Numbered from the stretch's first letter, positions 13,133 to 26,852 are shown. The stretch: 64,000 nt of DNA from Eledone cirrhosa (GCA_964016885.1 OZ024740.1:422654001-422718000); one strand, 5' to 3'. Notes: generated by a model not told the origin, from the sequence alone. Numbers and translations: made by a program.

Positions 13133-13680
13133 CTGAGCTGGGCGGTGAAGTGAGCTCATGTTGGCCTACAGCATGGCTCAACCTGAGCCGGACAGTGGAG
13201 TGAGCTCATGTTGGCCTACAGCATGGCTCAACCTGAGCCGGGCAGTGGAGTGAGCTCATGTTGGCCTACAGCATGGCTCAACCTGAGCCGGGCAGTGGAG
13301 TGAGCTCATGTTAGCCTACAGCATGGCTCAACCTGAGCTAGGCAGTGGAGTGAGCTCATGTTGGCCTACAACATGGCTCAACCTGAGCTGGGCAGTGGAG
13401 TGAGCTCATGTTAGCCTACAGCATGGCTCAACCTGAGCTAGGCAGTGGAGTGAGCTCATGTTGGCCTACAACATGGCTCAACCTGAGCTGGGCAGTGAAG
13501 TGAGCTCATGTTAGCCTACAGCATGGCTCAACCTGAGCTAGGCAGTGGAGTGAGCTCATGTTGGTCTACAGCATGCCTCAACCTGAGCTGGGCAGTAGAG
13601 TGAGCTCATGTTGGCCTACAACATGGCTTAACCTGAACTAGGCAGTGGAGTGAGTTCATGTTGGCCTACAACATGGCTAA
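13133..13680. repeat. 50-bp GC-rich minisatellite, 11 copies
   Basis: Unit GGCAGTGGAGTGAGCTCATGTTGGCCTACAGCATGGCTCAACCTGAGCTG in exact 50-bp phase from 13141. Confidence 0.97.
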
Positions 13681-14095
13681 GGTAGGCTGTATTTATTACT
13701 TGTACTGGCCAAACTCACTCCCGTTGTCCCGTAGCGGCATTGGCTCTACCAAACTAGGTTGGGTATGAAAGCGAGATCTCGGCGCTAGAACTGATGCAAA
13801 GTAAAGTGCATTTACTTGCGCCTGGGCAGCACTTGTGAAACCAATCGGCCGAAGAAACTCCATTGAAATGAATCTACAATGTGAATTCCTTCGATGGAGC
13901 CGACTGAACCCACCCCGAATGAACGCCACCACGAGTACATGTCAGTAGAGGGGTGCTGTATGAGTCACTGTACGGTAGACACTATCTTCCATCAACATCT
14001 ACTTGAAGGGTGAAGAACTCATCCACGTTTGTTGTTTACAGTGAAACCATCTCTGTGTACAACTTAATGTAAGAACTGAGCTCATTATGAAATAA

Positions 14096-14285
14096 GGCAG
14101 TGGATTGGCAGTATGAGCAGAGAGTCGGACGCCATGCTTTCTAGCATAGAGTTACGTCCCTTTACTGACTGAGTTCAAATTCCTCCAAGGTTAACTTTGC
14201 CTTTCATCCTTACGGGATCGAGAAAATAAAGTATCAGTAATGTACTGGGTAATTGCTGGCTTTGTGCCAAAAGTAGAAACAATTA
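14096..14285 (+). mobile_element. SINE family A copy
   Basis: Full head-to-tail motifs. Other single copies at 23718-23825, 29930-30040, 39140-39332, 45190-45325(-), 54445-54556(-), 57785-57966 and 63698-63886(-). Confidence 0.9.
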
Positions 14286-15654
14286 TGAAATCGTGAAAAT
14301 ATTGTTAGGTTCGTGAATGTTATCAGTAAATACCTGTAATATCCTTTACAATCGACTTCAGTGAAATGGGTGCAACTTCTATATTATCATCTTACCTTAA
14401 CAGCTTGCTTTAGTTCAGGTTTTTGCAACCTGGGCGATGAGCAACAGAAAATGGTGGGCGGTATAGGATTTTGAGTATTAGGATATTTCAACATATACTA
14501 CTTGCAAACAAATATCAAAGGAGATATGCAAATATATATATTTTTCTCCCCCAAACTTCTAAAACACATCTATTTGTATATGAGCTACAATTTATGTACA
14601 TGTTATGTTTATCGCATATCGAAGTTCTTAATATCTTGGTTGATATTTGATAACATCTCAACTAAATTGACCAAATTGCCCCCCCCCCCCCCCCCCCCCC
14701 ACAAAAAAAACATTCAGAAATGTTTCCACCGCCCCTGAGTGAGTATTATATAAAATTGATGTTTTGAGTTCACAGTTGCTAGTTTTCCTATAATTTTGTT
14801 GCCACCTCATCTTTTCTACCAATCTTATGCATTGCTCTGGAGTAAATATTACAGTCTATATAGTCTAGTCAAAACCTATTTTATCTCCTACCCCAACCAA
14901 ACTTTAAAAGATGACATCCAGCCCTGTTAATATTCCCCTCCTTGGTATCAGTTCTATAAATTCGTCTCATCCCTGCATGTTTTCCTCTTCTCCACCCTGT
15001 AATATAAACTACAGGTTATATTGCACATGACTTACATCTATACTTTCAGCAATTGCAACACAAAATACTATAAACAAATTAACTTTTCCTTTCAGTTGAC
15101 TGTTAAGAGTCAACAATAATTCATCAATTATTTTATGCAATTCTATTTCTTGGGAGGTTTATGTTTGTAAATGTTTCATGGTTTGGTGGGGCAATTATCT
15201 TCTACAGCCATCAACATCTCCTCCCCCCTCTCAATGGTGTTTGATAACGAATCTATTTTATGGACAATCCTATAACTTCAACTGCATCAATGGCGACGAC
15301 TGCTGGTTTTTAAGTGAGTGCTCCAACTCCTTAAATTTGTCTTCACATAAATTTCCACTACATTCACCATACATCAAAGCATGAGTGCTTTTATAATCCC
15401 TTTAAATGTTTCTATTCTTTCCCCAATGTTACATGTTGCATACAAATCAAACATATTGATTTTTTTCCATTCACTGCAATTAAAAGGTACAAGATATTCT
15501 ACTTTCCCTGCACCGACACACACCAATAACCTCTCTAACACATGAAGGGGTTAAAAGTAAAATCAATTACCTCACATCTATGTAATGCCTCCTTTCATAA
15601 AACATTGTTTTGCTTTTGTCTTTTTAATGATTTGTTTTTCTCAGCTTTTGTTTT

Positions 15655-16485
15655 AATTGTTGTTACCCCCCCCCCCCTAGAGCTATACCTGAGGTGTTGT
15701 TGTTGTTACCCCCCCTCCCCCCTGGAACTATACCCGAGAGGTGTTGTTGTTGTTACCGCCCCCTAGAGCTATACCTGAGAGGTGTTGTTGTTGTTACCCC
15801 CCCCTAGAACTATACCTGAGAGGTGTTGTTGTTGTTACCCCCCCTAGAGCTATACCTGAGAGGTGTTGTTGTTGTTACCCCCCTAGAACTATACCTGAGA
15901 CGTGTTGTTATTGTTACCCCCCTAGAGCTATACCTGAGAGGTGTTGTTGTTACCCCCCCCCTAGAACTATACCTGAGAGGTGTTGTTGTTGTTACCCCCC
16001 CCCCCCCCTAGAACTATACCTGAGAGGTGTTGTTGTTGTTACCCCCCCCTAGAACTATACCTGAGACGTTGTTATTGTTACCCCCCTAGAGCTATACCTG
16101 AGAGGTGTTGTTGTTACCCCCCTAGAGCTATACCTGAGACGTGTTATTGTTACCCCCCTAGAGCTATACCTGAGGTGTTGTTGTTACCCCCCTAGAGCTA
16201 TACCTGAGAAGTGTTGTTGTTACCCCCCTAGAGCTATACCAGAGAAGTGTTGTTACCCCCCTAGAGCTATACCTGAGAGGTGTTGTTGTTGTTATCCCCC
16301 CCCTAGAGCTATACCTGAGAGGTGTTGTTGTTACCCCCCCCCCCCCCCCAGAACTATACCTGAGAGGTGTTGTTACCCACCCCTAGAACTAGAACTAAGA
16401 GGTGTTGTTGTTACCCCACGCCCGAGAACTATACCTGAGAGGTGTTGCTGCTGCTAATCCTCTCTAGAACTAGAACTAAGAGGTA
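15655..16485. repeat. ~38-45 bp minisatellite with variable (GTT)n and poly-C
   Basis: Unit (GTT)nACCCCCCTAGAGCTATACCTGAGAGGT, about 20 copies. Confidence 0.95.
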
Positions 16486-16737
16486 GTAGCACTATTGCAG
16501 TACAATTTTCTACTGTAGCCACTCCTCACGTTTGCCTTACATACTTTCACATTAACGAAAAGCACCATGAAGTAATTATATAAAAAAGAAAGCTTTGTGA
16601 TTGCTTCAATCTCTTTATTGGAACACTTTAGTTAACAATGTAGAATTATAATTTAAACAATAGAAAAATCAATAATTTTCTTAAATATTAAAAATATATA
16701 TATATATATTAATGTTTCTATTTTTGAATAATGTACA

Positions 16738-17245
16738 CCATCCAGAATACAAGCGGCCGAAATAGGGTTCCTCTGAAGATTCCTTGAAGTAATGTTACTT
16801 GATCGAGTGTGTAGCTCAGAGATCAGAGAATTACTCCAGGTAGAGCCGCTACTTCTCTGAATTGAGAGATCACAGCTGCTATACTATGGGTATGTAGTTA
16901 GAATGTCTCGGGAAAGATTTACTGGAGATATTTGTAGCTCAGAGATCAGAGAGTCACTCCAAGTAGAGCCACTACTTCTTCACATTGGGAGATCGCAGCT
17001 CCGATACTATGGACACGTGATTAGAATGTATCAGGTAAGAATCGCTTGACAGATATTTATAGGTAAAATCAACCAGGGGTAGCCCCTGAGCAAGATGGTT
17101 GGATAACATCCATGAGCTTAGCTGGTCTCACTTGGGGATCCAGCTGGATCAGTTGGGGACGGTTGCTTGTGACAGAACCCACTGGAAGGAGTGTTTGAGG
17201 ACTCTGCCCCCACGACTTTCTCAGGAATAGGTGGTCCAAGAAGAA
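16738..17245 (+). mobile_element. RTE-type LINE 3' fragment with an internal ~120-bp duplication
   Basis: RIQAAEIGFL..SEIRE.LQVEPLLL..YYGHV.RM motifs; segment TGTAGCTCAGAGATCAGAGA..AGAATG occurs twice. Confidence 0.85.
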
Positions 17246-17438
17246 GCATTGCAAAGCACAATATATGACTGAAGCAGTACATGGGCCACATGAAAGCAAT
17301 GGGTGACATGTGTGGCTCCCTCACCCTACATGTTATTAATGCTGCTACTTGTCTCTTTATTATTGTCATTGGGTTGGTGGGGTGTGTCAATAAACCGATT
17401 ACCTCCCTTGCTTCATTGTAATAGTAAATAACTATATA

Positions 17439-17636
17439 CGAGGGTCGGCTGAAAAGTCCATAGGCTGACCAAGATACTCTCATGGAAGGACCAAATGAGG
17501 TTTATTTTACAATATAGTCCCTGGAAAGAAACAATGTAGTTATTATTAAGAAGAGTTGAAATTAATGCATGCAAAATTTCACAGCTCTAGCATCTCTCCT
17601 GAATAGTCAACTTATCAACTTTTCAGCCGACCCTCG
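17439..17636. mobile_element. Mariner-type MITE
   Basis: TIR CGAGGGTCGGCTGAAAAGT / ACTTTTCAGCCGACCCTCG with TA on both sides. Copies at 24064-24245, 61780-61860 and 62145-62485. Confidence 0.9.
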
Positions 17637-17704
17637 TAATAACTCCTTAACTGAAATCTACAATTTAGGCTCTTTTTACCCCTTTCAATTGAAATATATA
17701 TATA

Positions 17705-17915
17705 CTCGAGGACGGCCGACTGAGGTAGAAGCTGCTAAATAGTCGGTCGTCCTCTTGTCTCTGATTTTCAGCCCCATGGATTTTATCTGTTATATTCCTT
17801 TGTTATATTTTGAATACCTGATGATATCACCGGATTCATACTGAACCCGGTCATTGAAATGATCATAGTATAATAAACCTTTCAATGATTTACACCAGTC
17901 CAGCCTCCTGTTATT
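17705..17915 (+). mobile_element. PLE-type pseudo-LTR, family B
   Basis: 14-bp hairpin at 17708-17754 followed by an HHR; homologous to 40810-41012. Confidence 0.7.
17814..17871 (+). ncRNA. Minimal type-I hammerhead ribozyme (family B)
   Basis: ATAC-CTGATGA-stem II (ACCGG/CCGGT)-GAA-ATGATCAT(palindrome)-A-GTAT. Confidence 0.75.
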
Positions 17916-18077
17916 TTATAATAATTGACTCCGTACTCGCACCACCAACTACACAAACGAAGACGGGTGAGTTGCATTACGTTGAGTGCTCTCCATGATA
18001 TTACATCGAGATTGACCATACCGAATGACCAATTCTGTCCAGTGGTAAACCAACAAACCTAAATAAATATATATGTT

Positions 18078-18330
18078 TTAATATAGATGAGATTCTACAG
18101 GACTAGAACTGCTTCATTCTTTAGAAATCATCAAGAATCTCATTCCTGATGATTTCCAAAGATATACATAGCATTCTTTAGAAATCATCAGGAATGAGAT
18201 TCCTGGTGATTTCTAAGGAATGAAACAGTTCTAGTCCTGTAGAATCTCATTTATATTAAAACTTTTATACTCTGCTATGTATTGAATACCTTACTTACTG
18301 TGGTTACCTCCGATTCAACCCGGAATAACG
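18078..18330 (+). mobile_element. Family A pseudo-LTR with multiple inversions; HHR at 18196-18248
   Basis: Four alternating HHR segments; stem I here is GAGATTC/GAATCTC. Confidence 0.75.
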
Positions 18331-18590
18331 TGTATATATATGTATATATATATATGTAGATATATATATATGTAGATATATATATATATTATATATATAA
18401 TATATATATATAGAGAGAGAGAGATAGGAAAAGAGTCAGAACCCCGACGGCAGAGCTCAAGCCGTTTCGACAGCTATTTCTGGAAATAGCCGGGGTTCTG
18501 ACTCTTTTCCTATTACCCACTCTACTACCCTAAATATCGAGTACTCTGGTGCGTTATTGTCCATCTGGTTTCTTACCACACTTCATCGTG

Positions 18591-18637
<47 letters not shown>

Positions 18638-19569
18638 GAGTATATATATTCCCTCTGAAAAAGTATAGCAATGAAATGAAATGAAACTCGTAGATAAAAA
18701 TATAAACCATTAAATGTGAAAATAAGTAATTAATATAAGTTTTCTTCCATTTCTACTGAATTATTCCATACTTGGTTGTCTTCTCTTCTAACTTGTTAAA
18801 AAATACGTCTATTGCCTTCTTTGAAATTGTTTTCTTAATGATAACAACAACCACACCACCAACACCAACAACATCACCACTACTACTATTACTACTGCTA
18901 CTACTACTATTACTGCTGCTGCTGTAAAACGCTACCTTAGGTGAATAATATATTAAAATTGTTTCCCTTCCAATGTCTTTTCTTCTTTATTGTGTTCTGT
19001 TATAATTTTATATATTTATTGTTGTAGTTGTTCTACTTGAGATATCTGGAAAGACTGCCTTTAGTTCACTGTAGATGATAGAGATGTAGGAACATGGCGG
19101 AAATACATCTACACACATACACGCGCACATACACACATATATATATATATATATGTACACGTTTTTCAAGAGATTTATCCATTGTGATGTTTTTATTCTG
19201 TTGTATATCCAAACTTAACAGTAAACACTATATTTCTAATCAAACACACACACACACAATCTAATCTGTCCTCGGGGGTCATTTCCATATATTTCAATAA
19301 GTCAAAAGATTGTGCAAATAAAGGAAACATCAATTAATGAATATGATTCAACCCCTCACCCCTAACCTTATATGTCGATAGATAATTACTCACCCTTACC
19401 CAACCATAACTTCCATGTTCTTAACAATTCTTCCCACCACCACCACTTTCCTTGTTACAACAATATTGCAACGAAACAGTAAACAGTTTTAAGGTACTAT
19501 GTCAGATTCTTAAAGTTTAGTTAATTCAGCTAGAACATTTTAGTACATTTTCCAATGCTTCAACATGTG

Positions 19570-19790
19570 TAATTGTCGTCACCATGAAAGGACCTGTTAT
19601 TTTTATCTAAAGACATTTTTTTCCAATTTCAATTCGTGCGTCCCCTCAATCTATCTTATTTATCATTCTTTCTTTTGATGAAGGACTAACGTCCGAAACG
19701 TTAAGACCCTCTTCCTGCTATATCAAGCGTTAACCTAATATATCCCATCCATATACTGTACCGATTGTGTTGTTTTTTCTGTTTACCTTA
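19570..19790 (+). mobile_element. PLE-type pseudo-LTR, family C, HHR at 19671-19706
   Basis: TCTT-TTGATGA-aGGACtaacGTCC-GAA-ACGT-T-AAGA; ends at (TA)n. Second copy at 29230-29440 (HHR 29328-29363, CTGGTGA core). Confidence 0.7.
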
Positions 19791-20070
19791 TATATATATA
19801 GCAATAATAATTACGAAGACCAAAATCCGAAGAGGGCTCTATAAGGATTGTATATATATAAAAAGTATATATAAACTCGTAGAGCAAATAGTTATTATTA
19901 GTACAGATTAAAGTTTAAGCAAAGGATCGCTGCTTTCACCCTATTACAAGATCTTCTGAAACTCAGTTATATATATATATATATATATATATCACCTTGA
20001 TCATCTTGACCGACCACTCGTGCTGTTTTAGCCATACGATGACGCCATCCCACTGGCTGGGCGGGCAGGC

Positions 20071-20118
<48 letters not shown>

Positions 20119-20540
20119 TGATAATAAGGGCGCTGCGGAGTTGCAAATGGGTTACATATGAAAAAAGTTTGTCCTTCATCAGTGATCTTCCAACCATCAT
20201 AGGCATTTCATCGCTTTAAAGACCATATACCTCCGGTTGGTGCGAGCAACGGCTAAAAAAAGTCGTTGGGACACGTAAATAAAGGGGACGCGAGGGTAAA
20301 CAAACAAAATGGTGAAGCAACAGAAAGTGAGGAAGAAGGAGACAAGTCCCAAATTTCTATGAATTTAAATTCGGTGAAATCGTGAACGAGAGAATAAAGA
20401 CCATCAAACCTGGTTGAAATGGGAGCAAGGAAGGAATTTCGCACAGGTCTAATGGGAGGAAGAAGGGGTCTGGTCTGCGAATTCGGTAAACATAAGTTCT
20501 GTGAAATCGTAGACGAGAGAGAGAAAAAATTCCGACCAAC

Positions 20541-20571
<31 letters not shown>

Positions 20572-20576
20572 CATAC

Positions 20577-20880
20577 TGTAGTAGAAGTTTGGGATAAATA
20601 TCCAAGGTAAGAGCACTCAGTCCATTCGTCCAGTTAAGTATAATTAGTTACAACTGTGATATATACAGGTACTTAAGTTTCATTGGGTTATACAGCCCAA
20701 CTCATTCAGCCTGTTATTTAAACAAAAATGGCTACCTCCACCGAAGAGGTTTTGAAGTTTTTAAAAAGAGCTCTTTTGTGATTTCTAAAAATTTCAAAAA
20801 AATCTTCTGTGGAGGTAGCCATCTTTGTTTAAATAACAGACTGAATGAGTTGGTGTGTATAACCCAACGAAACGTAAGTA
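20577..20880 (-). mobile_element. PLE-type pseudo-LTR, family D, fold-back with ~100-bp arms
   Basis: 20670-20765 is inverted relative to 20785-20880; adjacent to (TA)n. Confidence 0.7.
20666..20713 (-). ncRNA. Hammerhead ribozyme with CTGAATGA core (family D)
   Basis: Minus strand: CAGG-CTGAATGA-GTTGGG..CCCAAT-GAA-ACTTAAGT(palindrome)-A-CCTG. Confidence 0.7.
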
Positions 20881-22094
20881 AGCAGCGGTTCTTTGCTTAA
20901 ACTTTAATCTGTTATTTTAATAATATATATATATATAGAGAGAGAGATCGATCCTCAGTGAAATCGAGGGTAACCACAGTAAATAAGGTACTCAGTACTT
21001 AAGTAGAGTGAGAACAACGAAAATTTAGTATAGAAATGGCTTCTACAGGTCTAGAACTATTTAATACGAATGAAACAGTTCTAGTCCTGTAGAAGCCATT
21101 TCTCTCTATATATAATCTACTGCTAATACGTTGAACTGATCTTGTGTAACATAAGCCCGATTAATTCTCATAGAAAAGCGACGACCACATCTGAAATGTA
21201 AAGAACTGGGAATAACCCTACATTAATGTAATACCATTGATTTATTGATATACTCTAGGAAGAATAAAAATACCAAACAACTAAAATACGAGACAAAAAA
21301 AGCAGCATTACATCTGCACAAAATCTATTTTCTTCTTATACATTTACCATTCTTCTTGTGTAAAGACTTCAGGCAATATACCTTATAAATAGAATGTTCT
21401 ACCTGTGTGTACGTGTATCTTCTTTATTTTACTTTTATTGTTTTCTTTATTCCAATTATCCTGTTTATTTTTATTTGTTCCACACACCGATTCCACCCCT
21501 GTAATATTCCAGAAGATCTCTTTAAAATTATTTTCTTACACCGTTTCCACCCCCACTCCACCCTGTAATATTCCAGAAGATTTCTTCATAATAATTTCTT
21601 CAAAATATGTCAACAAATTCTCGCATTTAATCTTATTGTGAAATTTACTTGTTTTTTTATGTTAAATGTTTTCTAGTTTAAAGTTGTATTAAGTAAATAG
21701 TTTTATTTCACTATATGTTGTTGTTGTTGTTGGTAGTGATGGTGGCTGTGGGGTTGAGTAGTAGTGATAGTTGTGTGGTGGTAGTGAGAGTGGCTGTGGG
21801 GTTGAGTGGTGGTGGTGAGAGTGGGGTTGAGTGGCGGATTTTTTATTGCTGCTGTTGGTGCTGGTGTCTGTGGTGAGGGTGGGTGGTGATTGTGGCGGCA
21901 GTGTCTGTGGAGGTGGGGTTGAGCAGTGGTGGTGGCGGCAGTGTTGTTGTTAAGCTCCAGTTCAACTGTGAGTATACTCACAATCAATAGTTTATTTGCC
22001 GTGGTCATCTCATCCTTTATTTCTAGACCACACAGTGACCCTATCACTTACAACACCACACAGTGACCCTATCACTTACAACACCCCACAGTGT

Positions 22095-22430
22095 CTCTTA
22101 GTCTTAGGTACTTCCGCACCTTTCGGCACATCGTGCTGTAAGTAGTCGCCAAACATCACGACCAGCGGCGGCCAAGTGTTGTTGGCTGTCATCTGGTCTT
22201 TTTGGAACGTTCGTCGCCAGGTGATCCTGGGGCAACCCCGCTTCCGTTTGCCGCCAGATGGAGTCCAGTTCATCGCCATTTTCGAGTGTCGTTCGTTGGG
22301 CAGGTGCAGAATATGGCCAGCCAGTCGGCCCGGCGCTCCGTGACCACCCTCTACAGCGTCCACGACTCGGTTCTTCGTAGGATTTCCTCTGTCTCTCCCT
22401 GCTTTAAGCTGGTACAGTGTCCTATGTGAG
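22095..22430 (-). mobile_element. RTE-type LINE 3' ORF fragment
   Basis: RLAGHILHLPNERHSKMAMNWTPSGGKRKRGCPRITWRRT is a typical RTE C-terminus. Confidence 0.85.
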
Positions 22431-23330
22431 ATTTTAGCCTATTTCCAGCAGATGATGCAAACACAGAGGCCCAGGTCGTTGTTTTGTGTAAATGTTGTTG
22501 TTGTTAGTGTTGTGACTCTAGTTAACCTGTTCTTGGGAGTGATTGCACGTGACCAGCAATGGATCGATAAATGTTGCTCCTTTTAGTGTTGTTTTACATC
22601 ACCACCACCACCACCACCATCGTCATCACCACTATCATCATCATAACGTCCACTTTCCCTGCAAGCAAGTGTTGGACAGGTCTACATAGACCAGGTCAGT
22701 ATTGAAGCAGGGGTTACTGATCTCCCAGACAAGCCAGGGATCTGTTGTCTACGGGGTACACCAGAGAAGTTGTCATGTTCCACGACACAACTGAGGGTCT
22801 TCTTAGTCACTTCATACCATGGAAACCGGGATAAGCATCGACCTAGTGGATTCTGGGCTCCAGACAGACGTGGTTGTAGTTGTTGTGTGTGTGTGGAGTG
22901 TCTGATGTACATTGTTTAGTAGATAAGGAAGTACATTATTAAGTCTACTTCAGAAATAAAGGTTTATAGTTCTTGTCTAGTCTACAAACGTATCCAGGAT
23001 TAATCTTATTACCAACCCAGCCAAAACCACCGCTGGTCCTATGAGACAACACCATCCATTTCAAGGGGTTCTTATTTAAATTAAAACCTCCCAAAATAAT
23101 GCAAGATTGAAAAAAAAAGAAAAAAAAAAAGGACGTACAAAGGATGATGATGAAACATATGTTAAGTTACTATTTAGTAATAAAATAATTGATACTTCTA
23201 GTAAATCTCTTGAAAATCTTCATTAATTAATTCAAATAGAGAGTATTTCATTAGAAATATGGTCATGAAAGGGTTAATACTTTTGGTGGGGATTGAAAAC
23301 TGATCGAAACACAGCGTAGTTATATAATAA

Positions 23331-23911
23331 CTAGCAGAAAAACCACCTTTCGGGTGGTTTTCTGCTACCTTGTGTAGTGTGCATATTGATATTATACGCA
23401 AGTATATATACATGTAGATATGATACATCAAATAAAATCGTAATTGACAATATACACAAAAAACGAAGACTGTGTTACACTGTGTTATGTAATCAGTAAC
23501 GTAATCCATGATACATTAAAAAAAGACGATATATATATAAACTGCATTAGGAGAAGATTAGTGACGGAAATATATGAATGTTTATTTAAGCGATCGCTAA
23601 CCAGAAGTGTTGACATTTGAAAATTTTAAAGAAATGAATCTTAAAATAAGCGACAAAATTATTTATATTTAATCAAGAATAACGAAATTTAGTAGATACA
23701 TTATGTAATATTCATTCATCCCGCCGAGGTTAACTTTGCCTTTCATCCTTACGGGGTCGATAAAATAAAGTACCAGTAATGCACTGGGTAATTGCTGGCC
23801 TTGTGCCTAAAGTAGAAACAATTATTTATTCAAAGTAATCCAACTTATTTTACAAACAGGATAAAAAAAATATATTCTGGACGCAGCCCCGCACTCTTAA
23901 CTTTATTATAG
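23331..23911 (-). mobile_element. Probable non-autonomous Helitron (contains a SINE fragment)
   Basis: Minus-strand 3' CTAG at 23331 next to hairpin TAGCAGAAAAACCACC/GGTGGTTTTCTGCTA. Minus-strand 5' end CTATAATAAAGT lacks the perfect TC. Confidence 0.5.
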
Positions 23912-24251
23912 TTTACATTGAAAATAATCTAAATATGAAGTAATCCAGAAGATAATCTTAGATAATTTTATATTTTGGAAGAATTATCTGGTCTGATAAT
24001 GGTTTCTAATTTAGGCACAAGACAATGGAAGTTGATGAAATTGACCTCAATACTTGACTAGTACGAAGGTCAGCTGAAAAGTTCATATGCTGTCAAAGAT
24101 ACTCTCATGGAATGACCAAAAGAGGTTTAATTTTTCAACATAGTCCCTGGAAAGAAACAATGCAGTTATTAGTAAGAAGAGTTGAAATTAATGCATATAA
24201 GATTGCACAGCTCTAGCATTACCCTTCATAATCAGCCTACCCTCGTATATA

Positions 24252-24349
24252 CAAGGTGTCCCCCAAAATGTATACACACTGATTACCTGTACAGGCAATA
24301 TTTATTAGAATGCTGTTGAAGTATGTATACATTTTGGGGGGACATCCTG
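24252..24349. mobile_element. Tc1-like MITE
   Basis: TIR CAAGGTGTCCCCCAAAATGTATAC / GTATACATTTTGGGGGGACATCCTG, TA-flanked. Confidence 0.8.
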
Positions 24350-25470
24350 TATATATTCTCCGTAGCCCACCTCAATACCCACTAAACACATCTAACCACA
24401 AGAAAAAGAAAAGTCTCTATGTGATTGCTCAATCTGTTAGAAATAGCAGCCAAATCTTTTGTCCTAAAATTACATTATAGCATAAAAAGAAAGCATGATC
24501 TCATTTTGGATAATTTATTTAGTTTTGGCTCAGAAAAAAAGAAAGAATAAAAAATGAGATTGTCACAGCTGGAGGTTGACATAGGACATTACTAATGTGT
24601 CATTACTAATGTGATATTACTAATGTTAATGAGTTTACGGTGGGGTGGGGTTGTGGTGTAGGGGAAGAGTAAAACAGAACCTAACACAGAGGGCCAGATT
24701 TAGGACTAATGAAGCCCTCTACTTAAGTTATGAGGTCCCTTTGAACGTTTGACATTTGAAAAATTCATCGTAAAAAATCTTGGTAGTAGGAATATGCCCC
24801 CCCCCCCCCTCCACCCGCCTTCCCTCCCGGCCAACAGGGCCTTGTGCTTCAACACACCTAAGCACAATGGTAAATCTGGCACTGATAACATGGACAATTT
24901 AGGAAAGTAAATTCAGTTTAAAGACGAGAGAAAAGAAAATATACAAAAACAAAACAAAAATGCCGTATATACAGACACACACACACATACGCGCGCATGC
25001 GTGAAAAACATCTAAAATTACAAAATACATATTCGTGAACAAGTTACTTTACACTTGTAAGAAGGATAATTTGCTATGATTAGTAGTTAAGATATTTCAA
25101 TAATTCATCTTTTAAGAGAGATGAAAAATATTACTATATAAACTATATATTGATTATTGGTTTATAGTGTAAATGATCTCTCTCTCTCTAATATATGTCA
25201 TTTTTATTAGTCTATAGATATTAGGAACTGTTAGGATGGATGTGACAGAATAATATAGTGTCTGAGGTAATATATAGAGTGTGTCTCAGGGTAATATATA
25301 GAGTGTGTCTGAGGTGTTAGGATAATATATAGTGTGTCTGAGGTGTTGGGATGGATGTGAGATAGAATAATATATAGTGCGTGTCTGAAATTACTATATA
25401 GAATAATATATAGTATATAGTGTGAGTCTCAAAGTAATATATCTATATATATATAGTGTGAGTCTCAAAG

Positions 25471-25512
<42 letters not shown>

Positions 25513-25524
25513 TGTGTCTGAAAG

Positions 25525-25558
<34 letters not shown>

Positions 25559-25570
25559 TGTGTCTGAAAG

Positions 25571-25617
<47 letters not shown>

Positions 25618-25819
25618 TAAAAAAATAATGAATAAAACAATGAAACAGTTCCTTATATTAAACAAAAAAAGTTCATTATTTAACGATCGTTTCTGGGATA
25701 TATATGTGTTAGAATTGGCATGTATATTTAACAGATCTATGTACAAAATTATACAAAATTATACAAACTATCAAAATTAAATACACATACCAACTCATAT
25801 ATATGCCGTCTTCAGAAAT

Positions 25820-25853
<34 letters not shown>

Positions 25854-25967
25854 CAAGGTTTAGCAAATAAGAAAAAGTTTCAAAATAAATTTTAAAAGAT
25901 TCACTGTACTCACTATGGTTACCTTTACCGAATCGGTTTCGAGTCTCAAAAATAAATGGACAGTCCT

Positions 25968-26021
<54 letters not shown>

Positions 26022-26320
26022 GTGTGTGTGTGTGTGTGTGTGAAATTATTATATTTCCATTGCCCTGTCTCTTTATTTTCTCAATTTCTCTTTTATTAGT
26101 TCACAATAGAACACGTACATCATTATTATAGTGTTTATGTCCAGTTTCCCATGCTGGTAATGGGATGATTTGTGGCTATGTTTTACAGCCACCTTCCTTA
26201 TATTAACCCTTTTAATCGCCTCTTCTAATATCTGGGATACACGTGGCAAATACTGTGTTATCTAAAATAAAACAATGTTCAACTGTATCTCATACCATCT
26301 TACAGGTACATATAAATATA

Positions 26321-26587
26321 CCGTAGTCTTCCGTGTATACAGCACAACCTTTTCCACTTTTTTCCTTGATTGTTTTATGGGTAGGTGGTATACCCCAAAC
26401 CTAGGGTGGAATACACCAGAACTAGGGTGGTATACACCAGAACTAGGGTGGTATACACCAGAACTAGGGTGGTATACACCAGAACTAGGGTGGTATACAC
26501 CAAAATTAGATGTTATACACAAACACGAACCTTTAAATAGTTTTTTTTATACACGAATGCGTGCAATGCATGGGAGGAAGAATACGG
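26321..26587. mobile_element. pogo/Tigger-like MITE containing a 21-bp minisatellite
   Basis: TA|CCGTA..TACGG|TA ends; internal ACTAGGGTGGTATACACCAGA x5 at 26383-26502. Confidence 0.7.
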
Positions 26588-26852
26588 TATACATCTGGAC
26601 ACAATATCAACTGACTGGCTGCTTCAACTGGGTTTCAAATAATCTAACACAAAGTTTTATTTATAAAAATGTAAAGTATTTAAAGTATGATCTATGTTAT
26701 GTAAGTACAGCATTTGTTTGGTCATCTGTCAAAAATATTCTAAAATTTCTATTTAAGATTCATGAAACACAATTTAATGTTAGACGGGGTAGGGGTGGCT
26801 AATGTTCTAAAAATGATTTCATTCGTGTCAAAACAGTGAAATCTATTCAATG

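Noticed and set aside
13133-13680. CRISPR-like arrays (also 11190, 56224, 63290)
   Set aside because: No unique spacers, no cas genes, and a eukaryotic context.
13696-13932. 78-aa ORF with DNGSEF, resembling an integrase motif
   Set aside because: No other integrase motifs and a stop follows four codons later; probably chance.
20167-20190. Minus-strand CTGATGA core in a (TA)n-flanked element
   Set aside because: No matching stem II, GAAA or stem III downstream; at best a deleted remnant.
26275-26802. 175-aa ORF with GWYTPEL repeats
   Set aside because: Produced by a 21-bp minisatellite inside a MITE.
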